DNA from: a virus
DNA length: 13,358 nucleotides
Virus record (IMG/VR): IMGVR_UViG_3300045988_053599
Span: 1 to 13,358 of that record
Strand: one strand, 5' to 3'
Shown: positions 7,253 to 13,238 of the stretch, in pieces
Layout of the letters: each line of letters starts with the position of its first letter
How positions within the stretch are numbered: the first letter of the stretch is position 1
Notes under the pieces: generated by a model
Told to the model about the DNA's origin: nothing
The model's input: the letters and a program-made list of their open reading frames with translations, nothing else
The model's database searches: none
Made by a program: the position numbers and the translations under genes

Positions 7253-7636
7253 TTATTTCACCTCCTGCCCAAAAGTGGGGTCAATAATCCGGGCCGTCAC
7301 CGTGCTTGCATCGGCTGCGGGCTGCTGCTGGATACCAAGGCCCAGCGCGTTGGCCTGCATGGTCTGGGTCATGGTCTGCATTGCCTGGGTGGTGGACTGC
7401 TGACCCTGCAAAATCTGCTGCAGCAGAGCTTCAAGGCCATCATACTGGCCGACGGGCTGCGGGGCGGGCTGCGGTGCGATCTGCTTGGCGGGCGGAGCCG
7501 CCAACGGCGGGACCTGCTGCGGGATAGCAGGATTCTGCACAGCTGCGGGGGCCGTCTGCGTGGGCTTGTCCATGGCCTCAATCTCGGCTTTGGTGTACCC
7601 GGCCATGGCAAGGGCCGCTTTTTCACTGATTTTCAA
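7253..7636 (-). CDS. Putative scaffolding protein
   Basis: Immediately upstream of the capsid gene. Composition is Gln/Pro/Ala-rich with helical ends. The best start is TTG at 7636, with GGAGG 9 nt upstream. The track start at 7669 has no RBS. Confidence 0.55.
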   Translation of the reverse strand: MKISEKAALAMAGYTKAEIEAMDKPTQTAPAAVQNPAIPQQVPPLAAPPAKQIAPQPAPQPVGQYDGLEALLQQILQGQQSTTQAMQTMTQTMQANALGLGIQQQPAADASTVTARIIDPTFGQEVK

Positions 7637-7856
7637 CTTTTTTCGCCTCCATAATAACGTACATGTCATGTGCCAGGCACTTAACTACCTGGTCTTTGTC
7701 GCCTTTGGTGACAGGACCCACGGCGCAACACTGCCGCGTGCGGGCATCGTTGGCCCAGTCACTGTAGTAGCCGATACCCAAACGAGTGCACAAGTCAGCC
7801 AGCAAGTATGCACGTTCGTTCGTAATCGACTGGGCAAAAATAATATAGCATCCCAT
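7623..7856 (-). CDS. Hypothetical protein (77 aa)
   Basis: ORF in the operon frame series. The ATG at 7856 follows a weak AAGGGTG RBS. The track start at 7865 is GTG. No recognisable motif. Confidence 0.5.
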   Translation of the reverse strand: MGCYIIFAQSITNERAYLLADLCTRLGIGYYSDWANDARTRQCCAVGPVTKGDKDQVVKCLAHDMYVIMEAKKVENQ

Positions 7857-7861
7857 GGCGA

Positions 7862-8017
7862 TCACCCTTTTTTAATGTCGTCCAAGGCCACACGCATTTC
7901 AGTAATAGCTGCCGTGTTTTCTTTGACGACCGTGTTGCACTGATACCACATCAGCAAAAATGCCGCGATCGGAAAACCCACGTTAGAAATAGCCTGTAAA
8001 ACAGTGTTAGCATCCAT
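7862..8017 (-). CDS. YvrJ-like small membrane protein (51 aa); holin candidate
   Basis: ATG at 8017 with GGAGG 8 nt upstream. It has one hydrophobic helix, and the motif SNVGFPIAAFLLMWY resembles the N(V/Y)GFPI core of the YvrJ family (PF12841) as I recall it. It is the first gene after the non-coding gap. The 83-aa track ORF is an upstream GTG extension through structured RNA. Confidence 0.45.
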   Translation of the reverse strand: MDANTVLQAISNVGFPIAAFLLMWYQCNTVVKENTAAITEMRVALDDIKKG

Positions 8018-8040
8018 TTTGTGCACCTCCGTAAAAATAT

Positions 8041-8122
8041 GAATAGAATAAAATCCCCGGTTCTTGCGCTGGCTGACGCCTGCCCGCCCCTTCTGGGGGC
8101 TGCCTTTGGGCACCGGGGATTA
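8041..8122 (-). ncRNA. Structured RNA element (9-bp closing stem around three small hairpins) ending in a U-tract; candidate small RNA, leader attenuator or terminator
   Basis: On the minus strand, AAUCCCCGG (8121..8113) pairs with CCGGGGAUU (8060..8052). The stem encloses UGCC-CAAA-GGCA, GCCCC-CAGAA-GGGGC and GCAGGC-GUCA-GCCAGC, and is followed by UUUAUUCUAUUC. It starts about 6 nt after the -10 box. Confidence 0.45.
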
Positions 8123-8127
8123 TCTTT

Positions 8128-8155
8128 ATTATATTCGATTGTTGGATAAAGTCAA
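8128..8155 (-). promoter_or_regulatory. Near-consensus sigma-A/sigma-70 type promoter
   Basis: Minus strand reads TTGACT (8155..8150), a 16-nt spacer, then TATAAT (8133..8128). The -35 box overlaps the ATPase TGA stop codon. Confidence 0.6.
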
Positions 8156-9216
8156 GTGGCGCTGCAGTATTCCCGAAAAAATATTTCATCCGAATACCGC
8201 TCAAACTCAATTTGCCGCTGCAGATATGCGGGCCAGATATACCCATAAGCGGCCCGGAATCGTTTCCGCTCATAGTCGCCGGAGCCGTACATTGGCATTT
8301 CGCCGGAGCGGTGCCGACATACATAATATATGGGCTTGCTTTTATGCTCATAGATACAGCACCGACCGATCTGCACAAGTGGGTAATATTCGCGCAAGGG
8401 ACGGGATACCACCAGGCTTTTTTCCTCGGCGCTGTACTGGTTTTCAATGGCCGACCGGTAAAAGTCGGTCCCGCTCATGGACCGGTACAGGGCCGTATTT
8501 GCTTTTTCTTTGGCGATGGGGCTGTCCACCAAGTCAATCAGCAATATGCCCTTGTCTTTTAACAGCTTCACGCGCTCTTTTTTGCCGATCATCCGTTCCA
8601 CGGTGTCGGTAATATCCCATTGCATATAGTAGGGGTTTGCCATGCCCACGGCATTCGACATGCACAACAGCGTGATGGGTTTTTGTCCTTGCAATTCTCG
8701 GTTACGGTTGACCGTTTCGTATATATTCGCAAGGCCCACGCCCTCACCGCGCCGGTAATAGTCGGATTCTTCTTTTTGGTATTCATCCAGGATTATAATG
8801 TCAGTATTGGGGCTCGAAAAGCCACGGGTGCGGGCCATGGTGACAACATTGCCCAGCACACCCGACATCTGCGCCGGTCGAATAGGGACCCCGGTGTCAG
8901 TATAGGCCCCGGCGTTGCCCACCTCGTACATGCCAGCAATTTTGGACATTTTGAAAGGTGCATAATGTGTTTGCAGGTCATTATTTAAGGGGGACCACGG
9001 CCACATGAGCGGCGACGAACATATCAACTCTGCCTGCTGTGGCGTGCGACGCAAGTACAAAAACTCTTCCTCTTTTTCGTGCACGTGCTTGAGGGCTCCA
9101 TACGTTTTGCCGGTGCCGCGCCCGCCCCAGATAAAAATGATGGGGGCACCGGTGGATAGAATGCCGTCATCCTCTGAAAAGTTGGGCCAGCCCTCGTCTG
9201 TATAAAGCTTAATCAT
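8152..9216 (-). CDS. DNA packaging (encapsidation) ATPase, phi29 gp16-like
   Basis: Walker A GGRGTGKT and Walker B DIIILDE. The protein is 354 aa against 332 aa for gp16. The ATG at 9216 has GGAGG 7 nt upstream and overlaps the polymerase stop (TGATG). The track start at 9219 is TTG. Confidence 0.85.
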   Translation of the reverse strand: MIKLYTDEGWPNFSEDDGILSTGAPIIFIWGGRGTGKTYGALKHVHEKEEEFLYLRRTPQQAELICSSPLMWPWSPLNNDLQTHYAPFKMSKIAGMYEVGNAGAYTDTGVPIRPAQMSGVLGNVVTMARTRGFSSPNTDIIILDEYQKEESDYYRRGEGVGLANIYETVNRNRELQGQKPITLLCMSNAVGMANPYYMQWDITDTVERMIGKKERVKLLKDKGILLIDLVDSPIAKEKANTALYRSMSGTDFYRSAIENQYSAEEKSLVVSRPLREYYPLVQIGRCCIYEHKSKPIYYVCRHRSGEMPMYGSGDYERKRFRAAYGYIWPAYLQRQIEFERYSDEIFFREYCSAT

Positions 9217-11210
9217 CAAACTACCTCCATGATCTTGTACCCCAGTATCCTGGCGTACTCGTCGGTAATGCCCAGAGTGTATGTATTATCACAAATACAT
9301 AGGTTGCGGGTTATGTGGACCTTGTGGCCGTCAACTACAAAATCTGGGACCTTTGGCCGATCATTATAAATGACCTGGTTGCCAGCAGCCAGGCAAAACG
9401 TAAAGCCTGGCTTAAAGGCATCAAACCCACCCCAGAGGGCCAGTTCAAGGCCGCCTTTGCGCTTGCTAACTCCAGCTATTGTGGTTGTAATCCTGCCGCC
9501 TTTGGTGTAGGTGGTCGCGTATTTTTTCGCACCCCATGTCATAAACTCGGCGTAACTGCGTTCCTGCTCGTACACGCCCATATAGTGCACATGCCCTTTG
9601 GGGTCTGTAGCACAGGCACCATTATCTTTTGCAAGCTGTTTCACGGCCTTGTTAAATTCCGTCAAGTCAATGTCACCCATGTACTTGACGCTGTCAGTAT
9701 CACAGTACACGCCATTTTTGCCTGCGGCCCATTGTGCGATCTTGAGGCGCTTGCGCGTGTGGGCCGTGGTCCAAACTCCCCATTGATACGGCAAAAACAG
9801 GTGTGGGCAGTGATCGTTATAGCTGCCCTCCGGGTCGTCGGTGCACTCACTCCACAGGTTGTCGGGGTCGTCCTCGTCAAAAAGCGTATCCAGCTGCAGG
9901 GGGTCTTGTGCTGTCATGCCGTAATAACTATTAAGGTCGCCTTTGGATTTGACATAGTACAACTCTTGACCGGCCACGCCTTTTAAAGATGTCTTGCCGG
10001 TGTAGCTCTCTTTGACGCAATCTGTCAAGGGCTTTGGCAGCTTGCCATAGTCGGACGTGTACAAGTCCAGCACATTAAGAGCATCCCAGTCGTACTCCTT
10101 GGCGATAATCCTAAAATCAATATCGGTGATAGTAATTTCAAAATGATCGGCAGACAGCAAGCGGCCGTTGTCGTTTACATACCCCTCGCAGTGTCGCACC
10201 TTTGCAAGGGGAATGTAGGGGAATCCCCACCACTTAAACCGCTGACGTAATCCTTTGATCTGCAAGCGCATCAAGCATGCCTTGCTGTGCCGCATACATT
10301 GCATGAGACGCTGCACCGTGGCCGGTTCCTGCCGAAATGGTGTCATGGGGAAATAGCACTCGCATTGCACTGCAGGATAAGCGCTTGACATATCGACAGA
10401 CCCAACGTTTTCCAGATGGAGACCGACATAATAACGATTGGCATGTGTGTCACCGCCCCGGAATGCCTCGCGCAACATCTGGTACAGTTCCCAGGACGGC
10501 AGCAGGCGCTTAACTCGGTTAATGCCCCATTTGTACATCGCCTGCCGCGCCATGCGTCGGACGTATCCGGTTCGCGTCAACGGCAAAGTGTACAGATCAT
10601 CTCCATCGCGCTCCATCTCAATCAGCAGGCACTCCACAATGCACCGCACGTCATTGATACAATACGCCAATTCTGTGGATGACAGCGGGGTCCAGGGATA
10701 CCGGACTTTGGAGTAGTCAAGGGCCCCTGTTAATTTTGCATGAGGCGCTCCCAGCTGTTTGCCCCATGCGTCAAGGGACAGATTGCTGTGTCGCATACTG
10801 CACCGGTATTCTATGGCGCGGTTGTCACATTTCAAAACTCGCCGGGGTTTGCTGGCAAACACTTCACCGGGGCCAAAAGTCATGACCCCGGAAAGGTACT
10901 GAAACTCATGAGCAAGGTTATGCACATACATGCAGAGATACCAGGTACCTTGTGGCCCACTATTGGCCCGCAAGTAGTCGCTGATCGTGTCGGTAAAATG
11001 TAGCCATTCGTCCCACGTCCTGCCGATGATCGTAACATCCAAACCAAGCTGACACTGCCAGATATACATGATAGTATGGGGGTTACCGTCAACGTCAGTA
11101 CAAACTCGGCTGGTTTCAATGTCAAACGCACACGGCATATTAACGTACAGCCGCTTTTTGTTCGTTTTGCGCTTTTTGCCCTTGGTGTGCTTGCAATCCA
11201 AGTGCTCCAT
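9216..11210 (-). CDS. Protein-primed family B DNA polymerase
   Basis: Motifs seen are Exo I FDIET, Exo II-like HNLAHEF, Exo III YCINDVRCI, motif A DMSSAYP, motif B KGDLNSYYG, motif C YCDTDS and KKY. The start is uncertain. ATG at 11210 is the first ATG after the upstream stop at 11233. The track start at 11486 is TTG and overlaps the upstream gene by 254 nt. ATG at 11138 is also possible. Confidence 0.93.
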   Translation of the reverse strand: MEHLDCKHTKGKKRKTNKKRLYVNMPCAFDIETSRVCTDVDGNPHTIMYIWQCQLGLDVTIIGRTWDEWLHFTDTISDYLRANSGPQGTWYLCMYVHNLAHEFQYLSGVMTFGPGEVFASKPRRVLKCDNRAIEYRCSMRHSNLSLDAWGKQLGAPHAKLTGALDYSKVRYPWTPLSSTELAYCINDVRCIVECLLIEMERDGDDLYTLPLTRTGYVRRMARQAMYKWGINRVKRLLPSWELYQMLREAFRGGDTHANRYYVGLHLENVGSVDMSSAYPAVQCECYFPMTPFRQEPATVQRLMQCMRHSKACLMRLQIKGLRQRFKWWGFPYIPLAKVRHCEGYVNDNGRLLSADHFEITITDIDFRIIAKEYDWDALNVLDLYTSDYGKLPKPLTDCVKESYTGKTSLKGVAGQELYYVKSKGDLNSYYGMTAQDPLQLDTLFDEDDPDNLWSECTDDPEGSYNDHCPHLFLPYQWGVWTTAHTRKRLKIAQWAAGKNGVYCDTDSVKYMGDIDLTEFNKAVKQLAKDNGACATDPKGHVHYMGVYEQERSYAEFMTWGAKKYATTYTKGGRITTTIAGVSKRKGGLELALWGGFDAFKPGFTFCLAAGNQVIYNDRPKVPDFVVDGHKVHITRNLCICDNTYTLGITDEYARILGYKIMEVV

Positions 11211-11232
11211 GAGCCACGGCACGGGGTTGTAA

Positions 11233-11832
11233 TTACAAGCCTCCACCAAAACCTCCGCGCAAGTCGGCGGAGCTGCTGCCGTCGCTATAGTCCCAGTCTT
11301 TGCCATAACTGACCTCACCTTGCTGCCATTTGACAAAATCGTCAATGCTGACATTATAACCGCCTTTTTCGCGCCAGTACATGACGGGCTGATCTGACGG
11401 ATAATAGTACACACCGGAGGCCTTGACGATCTCCCACCATTCGGACAGGGCCGTGTACTGATCTTCGGGGACCTCCGACACGTCAATGCCGCCGACTTTC
11501 ATTTTTTCGGTAAATTCCTCACGGGCACCGCCCACCGTGGACCCTTTGGAGCGGACAAACCGCGCAACATCGGCAAGGGCTTGTTCAAGCGCTTTGCGAT
11601 CTCCGCGCATTGCTTTGATGGTAGGGAAGCCTCCGGCAAATTCTTTATAAATGTCGCTCGTGCTGCTGATGGGGTCCTTTGACAGTCGCTTGATACGTTT
11701 CTGGGCAATGTCACGCAATCGCGTGTATTCCTTGCGCATCTCGCGGTCAGGCCATGATTCTAGGGCATACGGGGTATATAGTTCCGCGTCATATTTAAGT
11801 GTTGCGCTTGCTTTGGCTGCACCTACGGCCAT
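11233..11832 (-). CDS. Putative terminal protein (replication primer)
   Basis: Directly upstream of the polymerase, as phi29 gene 3 is. The basic N-terminal block RKEYTRLRDIAQKRIKRLSK resembles phi29 TP KAEYARLVKNTKAKIARTKKK. The C-terminal DWDYSDG resembles the phi29 priming-serine context EFDSEG. Both phi29 sequences are recalled from memory. ATG at 11832; the track start at 11841 is GTG. Confidence 0.55.
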   Translation of the reverse strand: MAVGAAKASATLKYDAELYTPYALESWPDREMRKEYTRLRDIAQKRIKRLSKDPISSTSDIYKEFAGGFPTIKAMRGDRKALEQALADVARFVRSKGSTVGGAREEFTEKMKVGGIDVSEVPEDQYTALSEWWEIVKASGVYYYPSDQPVMYWREKGGYNVSIDDFVKWQQGEVSYGKDWDYSDGSSSADLRGGFGGGL

Positions 11833-12040
11833 GCTTCTCACGTTCCTTTCTTTCCAATATCATCAGATACCAGTCTAGGGGATCTGTTTCAATGCCAAGA
11901 TACCGAAACAGGGACCGGGCCCAGTCGGAACAAAAAAACTTCACGTCCTTTTCGATCACTCCGCTGTATACAATGGCCATTGCAAGGGCCTCTATAGGGT
12001 CTTCACTTTCCAGCAGTACGGACCTGTTAATGCTTTTCAT
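11795..12040 (-). CDS. Hypothetical early protein (81 aa), in the phi29 gene 4 position
   Basis: ATG at 12040 preceded by GGAGA, immediately after a terminator. It has a basic C-terminal tail and overlaps the terminal-protein gene start by about 38 nt. No motif recognised. Confidence 0.5.
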   Translation of the reverse strand: MKSINRSVLLESEDPIEALAMAIVYSGVIEKDVKFFCSDWARSLFRYLGIETDPLDWYLMILERKEREKHGRRCSQSKRNT

Positions 12041-12051
12041 GATGATCTCCT

Positions 12052-12084
12052 AACAAAAAGGCCACAGCACTTAGTGCTGTGGCC
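12052..12084 (-). terminator. Strong rho-independent terminator inside the early gene block
   Basis: Perfect 11-bp stem, ggccacagcac (12060..12070) with gtgctgtggcc (12074..12084), and a 3-nt loop. On the minus strand it is followed by TTTTTGTT. It starts 10 nt after the stop of the 145-aa gene. Confidence 0.8.
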
Positions 12085-12094
12085 ACCGGTCAAA

Positions 12095-12532
12095 TTAAAC
12101 CAGGTACAGGGACAGGACCTGACCCTTCTTGGTGCTGATCAGCACGGGCTTGATCTTCACAGGTTCGGCCCAGGTGTCCGGGGTGCCCAGCAGCGTAAAC
12201 ATGCGTTTGAGCGACTGGTAAACACCGACGGACACACACGCGTACGACTGGCCGTCCTCCGTGATGAGGACAATACGCGGGGCGATCACCTTGTCCTCCG
12301 GTGCATCCTCCTTGCTGACCTCCACGCATTCCACAGACACATGCACCAAGGACAGTACCTCGTTGACGTGCTCTTTCAGCTTGTTGACGGGGTTGCTTGT
12401 CGCGTTATAAAACGCAACTGCTGCAGAGCGGTCAGTAAGATTCATGTCGGTGTACCCAAGACCGGTATTCATCACATCAGCCACCGTCATAGCGGTACCA
12501 GTGTTTTCGGATTTGGTCATTGCTTCAGACAT
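12095..12532 (-). CDS. Putative ssDNA-binding protein, phi29 p5-like
   Basis: ATG at 12532 preceded by AAAGGAG. The C-terminal half resembles phi29 p5 as recalled: EDGQSYACVS versus ADGSLYSAIS, and VKIKPVLISTKKGQVLSLYLV versus FKVKVVQGTSSKGNVFFSLQLSL. Its position upstream of the TP and polymerase genes matches phi29 gene 5. Confidence 0.45.
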   Translation of the reverse strand: MSEAMTKSENTGTAMTVADVMNTGLGYTDMNLTDRSAAVAFYNATSNPVNKLKEHVNEVLSLVHVSVECVEVSKEDAPEDKVIAPRIVLITEDGQSYACVSVGVYQSLKRMFTLLGTPDTWAEPVKIKPVLISTKKGQVLSLYLV

Positions 12533-12570
12533 AATACAAAACTCCTTTCATTTGGCCCTGTCATCATCAG

Positions 12571-12610
12571 TACCGGGCGGGCGGTCCCGGTAGACGGCCC
12601 GGAGGGCCGT
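12571..12610 (-). other. Two adjacent GC-rich hairpins in the 5' leader of the SSB-like gene
   Basis: acggccc/gggccgt (12594..12610) forms a 7-bp stem with a 3-nt loop. taccggg/cccggta (12571..12592) forms a 7-bp stem with an 8-nt loop. They are separated by 1 nt and no U-tract follows. Confidence 0.5.
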
Positions 12611-12615
12611 TTCGA

Positions 12616-12882
12616 CTAATGCTGAAAAATTTGTGCATATTTTCTGTACATCTTTTCGGCCCCATCTCGTACAAGGGTAGCACCCCGACGCATTAAACAT
12701 ACCTCTGCACTGTTGCCTTTAAGCAATTCAACTTGTTCAGCGCAATGACTAAGAGCTTGCCGGTACCCAGACAGCCACGAGCGATCATTAGCAACTCTAA
12801 TAGCGTTCTCGGAATCCTCATACTCGCAGCACGTCACATGACCATCCGGGTGGATTTCAACGATAAACTTGCGCATTTCCAT
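12616..12882 (-). CDS. Hypothetical early protein (88 aa)
   Basis: ATG at 12882 preceded by GGAGA, 4 nt after the upstream stop. No motif recognised. Confidence 0.55.
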   Translation of the reverse strand: MEMRKFIVEIHPDGHVTCCEYEDSENAIRVANDRSWLSGYRQALSHCAEQVELLKGNSAEVCLMRRGATLVRDGAEKMYRKYAQIFQH

Positions 12883-12885
12883 CTG

Positions 12886-13122
12886 TCACATCTCCTTAAA
12901 GCTCCATTCGGCATTCAAAGCCTCTTCAAAATCGGGGTTGCTGCCGTTACATGCTTCGGTGGCATAGTCGTCAATGTAGTGGACATCTTCCACCAAGTAG
13001 GCACCATCAGCATCACGGTCAAGGGACCCGGCATTCAGGTACTCTTCGACGAAATCCATGCCGGTGTTATTGTCATACATATGGACCTCTGCAGTATGGC
13101 CCAGTGCGTCTTTAATAATCAT
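12886..13122 (-). CDS. Hypothetical strongly acidic early protein (78 aa)
   Basis: ATG at 13122 preceded by AAAGGAGA. It is the first gene downstream of the right-end promoter. It has 19 Asp/Glu against 3 Lys/Arg. Confidence 0.6.
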   Translation of the reverse strand: MIIKDALGHTAEVHMYDNNTGMDFVEEYLNAGSLDRDADGAYLVEDVHYIDDYATEACNGSNPDFEEALNAEWSFKEM

Positions 13123-13160
13123 GGTAATTATCTCCTTTCATCCGGTGTGGCCTCTTTCTT

Positions 13161-13179
13161 GGTACAATTATAGTGTACC
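13161..13179 (-). promoter_or_regulatory. Candidate early promoter -10 box embedded in an operator-like palindrome
   Basis: Minus strand reads GGTACAC-TATAAT-TGTACC. The perfect TATAAT (13172..13167) sits between the inverted arms ggtaca (13161..13166) and tgtacc (13174..13179). It lies about 45 nt upstream of the first ATG. No good -35 box was found (ATGTAC at 17-nt spacing). Confidence 0.4.
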
Positions 13180-13238
13180 ACATTCTATAGTACATATGTT
13201 GCTATAAACACTACAAAACCGTACAAAAATTGCTGTGT

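Noticed and set aside
8018-8113. 32-codon upstream extension of the small membrane-protein ORF (83-aa track version).
   Set aside because: It starts at a GTG inside the structured RNA and U-tract region. The internal ATG at 8017 has a perfect GGAGG at 8-nt spacing.
8052-8121. The cloverleaf-like fold considered as a tRNA gene.
   Set aside because: Arm and loop sizes do not fit a tRNA. The putative anticodon loop is 5 nt, the D-loop is 4 nt, there is no GTTC T-loop, and the closing stem is 9 bp.
8007-8447. 146-aa minus-strand ORF spanning the ATPase 3' end and the non-coding gap.
   Set aside because: It is out of frame with the Walker-motif ATPase, runs through the promoter and hairpin region, and has no RBS or motif.
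11353-11358. TATAAT on the minus strand inside the terminal-protein gene, considered as an internal promoter for the polymerase.
   Set aside because: There is no acceptable -35 box (GTACTG at 17-nt spacing) and no TG extension. A single hexamer match is expected by chance in 13 kb.
11211-11486. 92-codon N-terminal extension of the polymerase ORF.
   Set aside because: The track start is TTG and the extension overlaps the terminal-protein gene by 254 nt in another frame. It encodes Pro/Arg/Ser/Cys-rich sequence and precedes the Exo I motif by far more than in phi29-type polymerases. ATG 11210 is preferred, though the exact start remains uncertain because no strong RBS is present.
7103-13173. 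Other plus-strand ORFs of 110-223 aa: 7103..7654, 7485..7943, 8064..8612, 9315..9986, 12074..12619 and 12733..13173.
   Set aside because: All are antisense shadows of minus-strand genes that have motifs or RBS support. None has a plausible RBS or a recognisable domain.
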